From contig JAYUGC010000072.1 in the NCBI GenBank assembly GCA_043767805.1, positions 1 through 13,996 of the forward strand: a DNA stretch of 13,996 bases, written 5' to 3'. The DNA is from Pseudomonadota bacterium (GTDB lineage Bacteria > Bdellovibrionota > FAC87 > UBA2466). The translations under genes were made by a program, and so were the position numbers. How positions within the stretch are numbered: position 1 is the stretch's first letter; each line of letters begins with the position of its first letter. Positions 1 to 6,819 of this stretch are shown piece after piece. The notes beneath the pieces were generated by a model, which saw only the letters and a program-made list of their open reading frames with translations, ran no database searches and was not told the origin of the DNA.

Positions 1-46
1 GGTTCGCGGTCTGGTTGTTCGTGGTTGATTTGAGCTGTTTTGGGTT

Positions 47-72
47 GGGATGTTCCCAAAATGTTCCCATTT
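47..72 (+). repeat. 26-bp direct repeat, copy 1 (GGGATGTTCCCAAAATGTTCCCATTT); probable integrase arm-type site pair
   Basis: Exact match to 7062-7087. Contains TGTTCCCA twice with an 11-bp period. Confidence 0.8.
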
Positions 73-91
73 TCTGTTGGATCGGGCGGAA

Positions 92-139
92 GAGGGATAG
101 GCGGTATTAACGTGCATTCTGGAAGGCGCCTAATAGCCA
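92..139 (-). repeat. oriIS-like end A', exact 48-bp copy of 3822-3869
   Basis: GAGGGATAGGCGGTATTAACGTGCATTCTGGAAGGCGCCTAATAGCCA is identical at both sites. The minus strand ends ACGTTAATACCGCCTATCCCT. Confidence 0.85.
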
Positions 140-226
140 AAGGGAACGGTCTCTAGAGGGTCACATAACGTCGATAACGGCGCTTGAGAGCCGAAGGCAA
201 ATCTAGCGTTTGTCCTGCCTATCCAC
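140..226 (+). repeat. oriIS-like end B', 87-bp copy of 3279-3365 (one mismatch)
   Basis: 86/87 identity (C178 vs T3317). Ends GCGTTTGTCCTGCCTATCCAC, with a GCC-GAA-GGC mini-hairpin at 190-198. Confidence 0.85.
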
Positions 227-286
227 GCTCAGCTATCAAACCAGACGCCGTTACGCCTTCATGGATTACGTTCCTCAAATCCCCGT

Positions 287-430
287 GTGGATAGGCAATT
301 TAGCCGCATGATTTTGTGAACGCTGGCCTGCGGGGAGAACTCTTTTTATACGACGGAGGCGAGGGGATCACCTCTACCATGTTATTACCTCTACCAACCC
401 AAAAACCGGGCTGGCCGGGCCGGGGTCGGC
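287..430 (-). mobile_element. diverged oriIS-like tail C, with no transposase attached
   Basis: The minus strand ends GCGGCTAAATTGCCTATCCAC. Internal GTAGAGGTGATCCCC (363-377, minus) matches GTAGAGTGATCCCC at 3231-3244. Patchy similarity to the transposase 3' tail extends to ~430. Confidence 0.65.
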
Positions 431-543
431 CGCGGACTTCGGTCTACGGAAAGTCGACGCGAATCTTTCCGCAGTTAAAACATTTGACGGTGCCTTTGGC
501 CGTCAGTTTGACCTCGAAAGCTTAAGAAGCGACGGTTTGTCGC

Positions 544-670
544 TTATAGGAAAGCGACTGTCCGTTCGAAGCGGCATCTAAATGTTGAAGCTGGCCTGAA
601 ACCGAGGCAAAATTGGGGTTTTCAAGAAAGTACGGGCCCGAGGCTACTAAAACGCTGACTGCCTATAGAC
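544..670. other. candidate second back-to-back ori doublet (D/E), degenerate
   Basis: TATAGG at 545-550 and CCTATA at 662-667 face outward. The right end has a GCC-CGA-GGC hairpin (636-644) followed by CTGCCTAT, as in end B. Positions 571-598 resemble 303-330 of tail C. Confidence 0.35.
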
Positions 671-708
671 TGTTTTTTTGCATCGCTCGATCTTTAGGAG
701 ACTTTTTA

Positions 709-2547
709 ATGAATACCTCTCGACTGGCTCAGGGCACATTTTGGTTACTTTTCTTACTTGGGTCCATCGGCAGGCATTCGGTTGGTGAAACAAGGTCTCC
801 CCGTCCATACCCCACTGTTTCTCCGAATCCAATGCCAACCGCTCCCCAAATCCCAATCTCGCCAAGTCCGATTCCCGGGGCAAGCGTGTCTCCAACCCCA
901 CCCAGTCCGAATCCAAAACCACCCGCGTCTCCAAGCCCAACCCCAGCAATTCACGGCTGTTCTAATGGAAGCTGCGTACCAGGGGGGCGAGGTGTGTATT
1001 GCCAATCAGGGGACGATACCCCGTGTTTGGTAAAGCGATGTGACGATAGTGGAGTTTGTTCGTTAGGAGGTACAAAACAGGGGTGCGCAACTTTCGCAGA
1101 TTGTAAGTTGGGTTGCAGTACCGAGGGCCAGTGTGTTCCTGGGGGAACGAAGGGGAGTTGTATAACTGGGCGTGATTGCCAAGTCCTTCGATGCCACAGC
1201 AGTGTCCAAGGCCAAGAGTGCATTTTAGGAGGCGAAGGGCGCCCCTGTCTGGATAGAAATGACTGTAATCACTCCACCTGCGGAAATTTCATCCAAGAAT
1301 GCTTGCCCTCTTATTATCCTTCCGCGTCCAATATTGAGTGTCAAAACGATGCTGCCTGCGCCATTGTAACCAACAGATGCAGCACTGACGGGACTGCGCA
1401 GTGTCTCCCTCCACCCGCGCAGCAAGGAGCTCCTTGTCAAACGGACGATCAGTGTGGCGGCCTTCGGTGCACTGGATACGTGTCACGTGGAAAGACCTGC
1501 AAAACCGATGGTGCCACGTGCACTAAAAACGAGGATTGCCAGTTTTATCGCTGCAATAAAGGCAAGTGCACGATGGGGAGCAACTACTATGGGCGCCCCT
1601 GTTCCGGTAATTCAGAATCGGGGTACGAGGAGTGTCAGGCTTACACTTGCGAGGACTTAAATCCGGGAAACGGAGAGCTCAGTAAAATAGTTTGTGTGAT
1701 TAATCACGATGGGCCGGCAAGTGCCAAGCCGTGCGATCCAAAGGCAGACAATCCCTGTGGCCACAAAGTGTGCTCCTCGGGTCAGAATGAGGGGGAATAT
1801 ACTTGCATTAACGGCCCAGGAGCCGGTCACGATGAATGCAAAACGGCTGATGACTGCCCTTTTGTCAGAAAAACCTCGGATGACGAACGACGGGCCAATT
1901 CCACGCGTCCACCAAATTCTCCTCATTTTGCCAGCGCTGGAATTGGTCCTTTCGCAGGAAATGAAGCCGAGAAACCCGAAGTCGCTATCAGGCTATTAGG
2001 CAAGCTCGATGGCCCGCGGCCAACTCTAGGGAAAAAGACGGCACCGGTGCACATGTACCTGTTTCAGGATCTAGCCTGCGGAATGTGCAAGAATTTTTAT
2101 AGAAAGACGATGGCTGAGTTTGAAAAACTTTATCTTAGTAAGGGCAAAGTTTATCTGACTTTCGTGGAGTTTCCTCTGGGGATGATGGCTGGCAGCACGC
2201 GACTTGCCGAGACCGCACTCTGTGCAAAGGACGAGGGGAAGTACGAGCAGTTTTTGAAGCTTGATTTGGAAGATGATGCCAATACGGAAGATTTCAAAAT
2301 CGCGGAAGCGCGGGTGAAGGTATACAAGAAAAAATTGGGTCTCAATTCAGCCAGATTCAATTCTTGTTTGAAAAATCACAAATACCTGCCGCTAATCAAG
2401 GAGGGCTTCGAAATCGGGGAAAAGCTCCAAGTACGCGGAACGCCGAGCTATTTTATAAATGGGAAATCCAAGGGGGGAACGAAACCCTTCAAAGATTTCC
2501 AAAAACTCATCGAAGAAGCCTTGAGCGCCGAACAAACTCGGAGTTGA
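709..2547 (+). CDS. secreted cysteine-rich repeat protein with a C-terminal DsbA-like (thioredoxin-fold) domain
   Basis: AGGAG RBS precedes ATG709, preferred over the TTG at 613. The protein has a hydrophobic signal peptide, a Pro/Ser linker and ten 4-Cys repeats (958-1857). These are followed by TLGKKTAPV...FQDLACGMC and VRGTPSYFING, typical of DsbA/Thioredoxin_4 domains. Confidence 0.85.
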   Translation: MNTSRLAQGTFWLLFLLGSIGRHSVGETRSPRPYPTVSPNPMPTAPQIPISPSPIPGASVSPTPPSPNPKPPASPSPTPAIHGCSNGSCVPGGRGVYCQSGDDTPCLVKRCDDSGVCSLGGTKQGCATFADCKLGCSTEGQCVPGGTKGSCITGRDCQVLRCHSSVQGQECILGGEGRPCLDRNDCNHSTCGNFIQECLPSYYPSASNIECQNDAACAIVTNRCSTDGTAQCLPPPAQQGAPCQTDDQCGGLRCTGYVSRGKTCKTDGATCTKNEDCQFYRCNKGKCTMGSNYYGRPCSGNSESGYEECQAYTCEDLNPGNGELSKIVCVINHDGPASAKPCDPKADNPCGHKVCSSGQNEGEYTCINGPGAGHDECKTADDCPFVRKTSDDERRANSTRPPNSPHFASAGIGPFAGNEAEKPEVAIRLLGKLDGPRPTLGKKTAPVHMYLFQDLACGMCKNFYRKTMAEFEKLYLSKGKVYLTFVEFPLGMMAGSTRLAETALCAKDEGKYEQFLKLDLEDDANTEDFKIAEARVKVYKKKLGLNSARFNSCLKNHKYLPLIKEGFEIGEKLQVRGTPSYFINGKSKGGTKPFKDFQKLIEEALSAEQTRS

Positions 2548-2572
2548 CACTGTACGGGCAAACGGTCGCCGG

Positions 2573-3201
2573 TTAAAGCCAACCGCAAATGCGGAGAAAT
2601 CGGCTCAGCAAAATACCGCCGTTGCTTGAAGGTGAGGGGGCGCGATTGCCCAAAGCACTCGGGAGAGGCAGTTTTTTCAGCCGCTTGTATTGCTCCGGAA
2701 TGTGGCGGTGGAGAGCGGCGTAGAAGGCTCGCTGGTTCTTGGCGTCGGGAAACTTGCGCAGGGCATTGGCGACCGAGCCGAAAAGGAACTCATCTCCCAG
2801 GGTTACGATCTCCTGTTTGTTGCCCTGGGTATCCTGGATGGAAATGCGATAGTTTCCGTCTCCCGTAGGCTTTACGTTCGGGTCGTTAGGAGAAGGCTTG
2901 CGCAAGAGTCGGTTGAGAAGATCGGGCGTGTTGGAGAGCTTCTGCTTCACGAAACTCTCGTCCCCTTTAAGCTCCGTGCCGCGAACCCGGTGCTGCTCGG
3001 CAACGAGCTTTCCGTTTGTCGGCTTGAGGGACTTGGAGGAATGAGCCTTCTGAACTCAACTTCCGGCACCTGCATGGCATCTCGCGGTAGGGTCATCCCG
3101 GCCGCTCCGAAAGCATTCTCAGGCTTGAGCTCGTCGTCCGCAAGGGACGCGACCGACGTTAGTAGCAAAACGAGACACCAGATGACACTGAATCGTTGCA
3201 T
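2573..3201 (-). pseudogene. probable secreted protein gene split by a frameshift near 3050 (ORFs 2947-3201 and 2573-2950)
   Basis: GAGGGG RBS and signal peptide MQRFSVIWCLVLLLTSVASLA. The downstream ORF's frame stays open back to ~3055 (QKAHSSKSLKPTNGKLVAEQ...), while the first ORF degrades into a Ser-rich tail. Two coupled genes (GTGA overlap) remain possible. Confidence 0.5.
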
Positions 3202-3229
3202 TTGTGGACCCCTCAGTCAGCGCGGAGTC

Positions 3230-3365
3230 CGTAGAGTGATCCCCGCCGTCCCCGGCCCAATCCGCGCGCCCTTTTCGGAAGGGAACGGTCTCTAGAGGGT
3301 CACATAACGTCGATAATGGCGCTTGAGAGCCGAAGGCAAATCTAGCGTTTGTCCTGCCTATCCAC
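3230..3365 (+). mobile_element. oriIS-like tail B (fuller copy), no transposase attached
   Basis: Ends GCGTTTGTCCTGCCTATCCAC. CGTAGAGTGA at 3230-3239 is the inverted copy of 3934-3943 in the transposase tail. An extra TATCCAC follows at 3366-3372. Confidence 0.75.
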
Positions 3366-3821
3366 TATCCACTTTGATATCTCTCGAAGTCGGCATCGAA
3401 TTTTGGCGCTCGCCTGAGAAATCATTGCTGAAGCAATTTCATCTTTAAGTAACCTCATCTCGCTGTCATCCAGGTGAAGAATGACCCCTTGGGAAGTTGG
3501 TTCGGCGCAAAATAATAGGCTTTCGATTTCGGGCTCATATTCGAATTCTTTGCGAAGAAATCTATATTGAGATTGGGTAAAAGAAATGCGTTTCGAACTC
3601 CCTTCTCTTCCTTTTTTCTCTGCCCAAGAAAAATTCCACGGAATATTTGCCCAGCCTCTGATTTCACCGCTCTCGCCGCAATCGGAGCATGACCAACAAA
3701 CCAGTTCATGTGATTTTTGGAGAATGACTTTGATATAGCCCGAACAGAGTCTCCTCTTGGGTCGCCTGCGGCACCGAAGGGCCGTGAGGATTGCGGTGTC
3801 TTTGTTAAGGGCGGTAGCGGC
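3342..3821 (-). pseudogene. 5'-truncated gene for a putative zinc-ribbon protein, not in the ORF track
   Basis: A stop-free frame of ~160 codons reads AATALNKDTAILTALRCRRRPKRRLCSGYIKVILQKSHELVCWSCSDCGESGEIRGWANIPWNF...REISKWIVDRQDKR*. It has no start codon, and the frame closes inside ori A just above 3830. Confidence 0.65.
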
Positions 3822-4013
3822 GAGGGATAGGCGGTATTAACGTGCATTCTGGAAGGCGCCTAATAGCCATAAATTCAAATATCAGCAATAAACCCACAGA
3901 GCCGCTTATGGCGCAGTGGCCCAACTGCGGACTTCACTCTACGATGGAATATTAAGCGGTAGTTTTGCCTGTTTTGGGGAGCCTGGACGGACGGGTCCAT
4001 TGCGTCAGCGGTT

Positions 4014-5476
4014 TCAATCGAAAGACGCTTGGTAAAACTCGTCGGTTTCGGCGGGCGGCACTTCGAACATCGCCATCTGTGGTGGGGCTCGTGGCGGAAA
4101 AAGCTGTGGCGCCTCAGTTGGAAGGCCCAAATGACCACGAACGGCTCTTCGACATGGGAAACGAACCGCATCTTCCCGCCACACGAAGCGCACGCCATGA
4201 TATCGATAGAAAAGGATCTCTTTAAGAGATCCGACCAACTCCGGTTCGGGCGCTCTTGTCTCCCTTCAGCGGATTCACTAGGGGATCCCGGAACTATCCT
4301 TTTTCTATCTTTGAAATTCGGGGCAAAGACCCCGTGGTATCTGAGTAGGTTGGCTCTCGGCGGTGGAATGAGCGCGACCACCTTCTCGACAAGTTCCATG
4401 GGATCAAAGAGCACATGGGTCGTGCCATCGGAGTATTGGGTCTTTAACCGGTAGAGGATTTTCCCATCCTCGGTTTCGCTCAAACGCTCCAGCGCCACCG
4501 GCGGGCGGGCCGTGTAGCGGCAGAGCTTTTCCAACTTATCTCGGTCTTTGCCGTCGATTTTGACGTTGGCGTGAAGGCTGAACCCGTCGCAGACGGAGCA
4601 TCGGTTGCCTATACGGTAAACGTCTCCTTTGGAAGCATCATTGCCAACACGTCTGACTTTTTGCCCAGCTCGTTCTCCCAGAGCTATCCGACTTTGAATC
4701 GAGGCTCCCGTGAGCTCTGCCATGGCCGGCTGCTCAAAGGCAAATGGGCCTTCGGAAAAATCATCGATGCTGTAGCCCTTCTTGGTTAGATACCGAACGA
4801 CTCGATCCCGAATTCGTTGAACCAGAACGGCAATCTCATCTTCCGAAGGATCCGGGACGCGGAAGAATTTCAACTTTCCACGGTCCTCAAAGTACACGCC
4901 GTCCAAGAAAAGGCTATGGAGATGCACGTTGAAATTTATCGCCCCCCCGAACCTCTGAACGAAGGTAATGGCCCCGGTTTTGCCCTGGACCCCCTGTCGT
5001 CTGGCGCGCTTCACGATAGAGTTTGAGACGGTGCGGGCAAAGATTGCGAGCACCCCCGTTACGAGATGGGCCTTATAGGCCAGGACGAATCGGACGGAGA
5101 ACGGGAACGAAATTACCCATTGCCGGATCGAAACGTGCGGGATGACGGAGTCCACCAGGTGGGCCGCCACTTCGTTCATCCGCTTTCCGCCACAAGAGGG
5201 ACAGAAGCCTCTTTTTTTGCACGAGAAGGCGACAAGGCGTTCATCCTTACACGACCCGCACCGCAGGCGAATAAAGCCGTGAGCCAAAATCCCGCAGCGA
5301 AGGTAGGCGTCGACCTACTGGTGGACGTGGCGAGGGAGCGAGACCCGTTCGGGGTCCCTTTGGGAGGCGGCGAGAAAAGTCTCAAAGTTCTCCTGGACCG
5401 CTCGGTACAGAACCGAGCGCTCGGGCTCATGGCGAAAATACCGGGTCGAAAGCGCTGCTGAGAACGAGGAGGCTAC
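4014..5476 (-). pseudogene. IS91-family (ISCR-like) HUH transposase, inactivated
   Basis: Zn-binding RCGSC...SCKKRGFCPSCG, HUH motif NVHLHSL, catalytic LCRYTAR and RYHGVFAPN are present. The N-terminus YFRHEPERSVLYRAVQENFETFLA is cut off by an in-frame TAG at 5315-5317. A frameshift near 4135 puts the natural C-terminus HLGLPTEAPQLFPPRAPPQ...ASFD* (stop 4014) in another frame. No ATG/GTG/TTG lies upstream in frame. Confidence 0.9.
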
Positions 5477-5536
5477 CCCCTCCCTTCAATGCAATGCCCT
5501 CGACCTATGCTGGGGCTTGGGAACTGAACGCAACGC

Positions 5537-5551
5537 GGCCGGGAACCGGCC
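5537..5551. other. perfect GC hairpin GGCCGG-GAA-CCGGCC; candidate terIS structure
   Basis: 6-bp stem ~60 bp upstream of the transposase 5' region, with GAAC/CTTG tetranucleotides nearby. Confidence 0.35.
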
Positions 5552-5715
5552 TTGAGCGGCCAAAATTCGATTCTGGACAGGGACGGGATGGGCGGTTGCG
5601 TCGATGGGCTGGTAAGGCCTGGACGCCCAATACGTGAGAGCGAGCACGACGTCTCTTTTCCCGGCTACCCTTTTCGCAACGGCTTTGTGGGGATGGCAGG
5701 AGGGAATCTACAGAA

Positions 5716-5731
5716 CCCGGATTGCTCCGGG
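5716..5731 (-). terminator. possible terminator hairpin for the TA-like operon
   Basis: Minus strand CCCGGA-GCAA-TCCGGG with a GNRA loop, ~22 bp after the 5754 stop. The U-tail is weak (TTCTGT). Confidence 0.4.
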
Positions 5732-5753
5732 GTCAAGCTTGGATGAGCAGGGC

Positions 5754-6053
5754 CTAAGCGGCCCTCAGTTGAATCCGTGTTCCCGTCGCCGCGATAATTT
5801 TAATAAGCAGATCACATGATACGGATACGGTGGCCTCGTTTTTTACTGCCGAGACCTTGGACCGCGCTACACCCGAGAGTTTAACGATCTCGTTGACACC
5901 CAGATCCGATTCTCGGACGGCTTTGGTGGCAATCTCGGAGAGTTCTGCCTTGTATTTCATCAACGCGATATCACCCTTCGAAAGCCCAAGAATCTTGCCC
6001 AACTCTTCCGGGTTATGGGTGACAGCGTGTTTGGTCTTATTTCTTTTCTTCAC
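5754..6053 (-). CDS. XRE-family HTH protein (HigA-like antitoxin)
   Basis: 99 aa with an HTH segment LGVNEIVKLSGVARSKVSAVKN and a VSCDLLIKII tail. GGAG lies upstream of the GTG start. Confidence 0.75.
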   Translation of the reverse strand: MKKRNKTKHAVTHNPEELGKILGLSKGDIALMKYKAELSEIATKAVRESDLGVNEIVKLSGVARSKVSAVKNEATVSVSCDLLIKIIAATGTRIQLRAA

Positions 6054-6078
6054 GTTTACCTTTGCTCCCTAGTCCTTT

Positions 6079-6384
6079 TCACTGGGCAATCTTAAACTGC
6101 ACCTTGGGATTGATGGTTTCGTTATAGGTGATGAGCTTATCCGTCGAGACTTTGTCGATTCTATGATTAACGATCTCGCTGACTCGTGCCTGATCGATGC
6201 CGAGAAGACTTGCGAAGTCTACTTGGGACAATTCCTTTTCAACCATGTGACGCACCAGATTTTGGCAAAGATCCCACCGGAATCGATCGATCGGAGGGGA
6301 GCTGGGGCCAACCATCACGGTTCCCTGGACGTTCTTCAGCTTTTTGTCCATCTCCGCTAATTTTTTCTTGCTCGGGTAACGCAT
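6079..6384 (-). CDS. XRE-family HTH protein, putative antitoxin
   Basis: LSQVDFASLLGIDQARVSEIVNHRIDKVSTDKL is an HTH. An AGGAG RBS overlaps the restored upstream stop. Confidence 0.85.
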   Translation of the reverse strand: MRYPSKKKLAEMDKKLKNVQGTVMVGPSSPPIDRFRWDLCQNLVRHMVEKELSQVDFASLLGIDQARVSEIVNHRIDKVSTDKLITYNETINPKVQFKIAQ

Positions 6385-6387
6385 CCT

Positions 6388-6686
6388 TTATCTCCTATAG
6401 GCGTTGGCGATTCCAACGAAGAGTTCTTTTTCATGAAGCAACAAATCAACTTATAAAAGCGCCCATCTAGTTCCATGTGGTCGTTCACGAAATACTGGAA
6501 ACCGTCTTCATCCACATCCACATCCGCTGCCCGGAAGCTCTTGCCATCGAGAAGCTTGACCAAAGTAAGAATAATCTCGTCGCTCACTGACTCCGCATGC
6601 TTCTCCTCGTAGTGAGGGTCAATGAGGACACTCTCTAGTACGCGCCCGTTGATGACTAGGCTGGTTGGGTAAACTCGGCGACTCAC
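6388..6686 (-). pseudogene. putative type II toxin (RelE/BrnT-like RNase), frameshifted near 6442
   Basis: Restoring one G (ATT TG[G] TTG) gives ...[22 protein letters not shown], with a stop at 6388-6390, 3 nt before the antitoxin ATG. The gene is ~100 aa and lies upstream of an HTH gene. Confidence 0.6.
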
Positions 6687-6702
6687 AAAGGAAGCTTAGC
6701 AG

Positions 6703-6724
6703 ATCTTGCAATATATTGCAAGAT
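6703..6724. promoter_or_regulatory. 22-bp perfect palindrome ATCTTGCAATATATTGCAAGAT, likely an antitoxin operator
   Basis: Exact palindrome 16 bp upstream of the toxin start codon. Confidence 0.75.
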
Positions 6725-6819
6725 TGAGGGCTTCGGGTGGAAGCGAAATTGCACACCTTAGTCTGCCTGGCCGAGTTTGAGGCTGGGAGTATAGGGAAGG
6801 GATCGATGAGGGCTGGAAG

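Larger units (their letters stand above)
3822..5551 (-). mobile_element. IS91/ISCR-type rolling-circle element; oriIS end at ~3822, ter end uncertain (~5500-5551)
   Basis: HUH transposase gene with an ori-like CCTAT terminus ~190 bp downstream of its restored stop, and a GC hairpin upstream. Confidence 0.8.

Noticed and set aside
430..480. c-di-GMP-I riboswitch suggested by CGGTCTA
   Set aside because: The GGCAAA/GAAA/GCAAA elements are not present in the required arrangement.
613..708. TTG start extending the Cys-rich protein by 32 aa
   Set aside because: ATG709 has an AGGAG RBS and directly begins the signal peptide.
2690..3295. 201-aa plus-strand ORF
   Set aside because: It is antisense to the signal-peptide gene, has a TTG start without an RBS and runs into ori tail B.
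3455..3847. 130-aa ORF from the track
   Set aside because: It starts inside ori A and is a shadow frame of the more protein-like Cys-motif frame at 3342-3821.
92..3869. Repeats as a CRISPR array or integron attC array
   Set aside because: There are only two copies of each repeat, spacing is irregular, and no cas genes or RYYYAAC/GTTRRRY attC boxes are present. The integrase fragment is not IntI-like.
5315..5317. TAG readthrough or recoding in the transposase
   Set aside because: The gene has another independent lesion, TAG is used as a normal stop elsewhere (5754, 7125), and no pyrrolysine machinery is visible.
6787..6810. Another ori-like end (minus strand CCCTTCCCTATACTC) at the integrase truncation point
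   Set aside because: The position is suggestive, but the upstream 12 nt fit poorly and the internal GTAGAGTGA box is absent.
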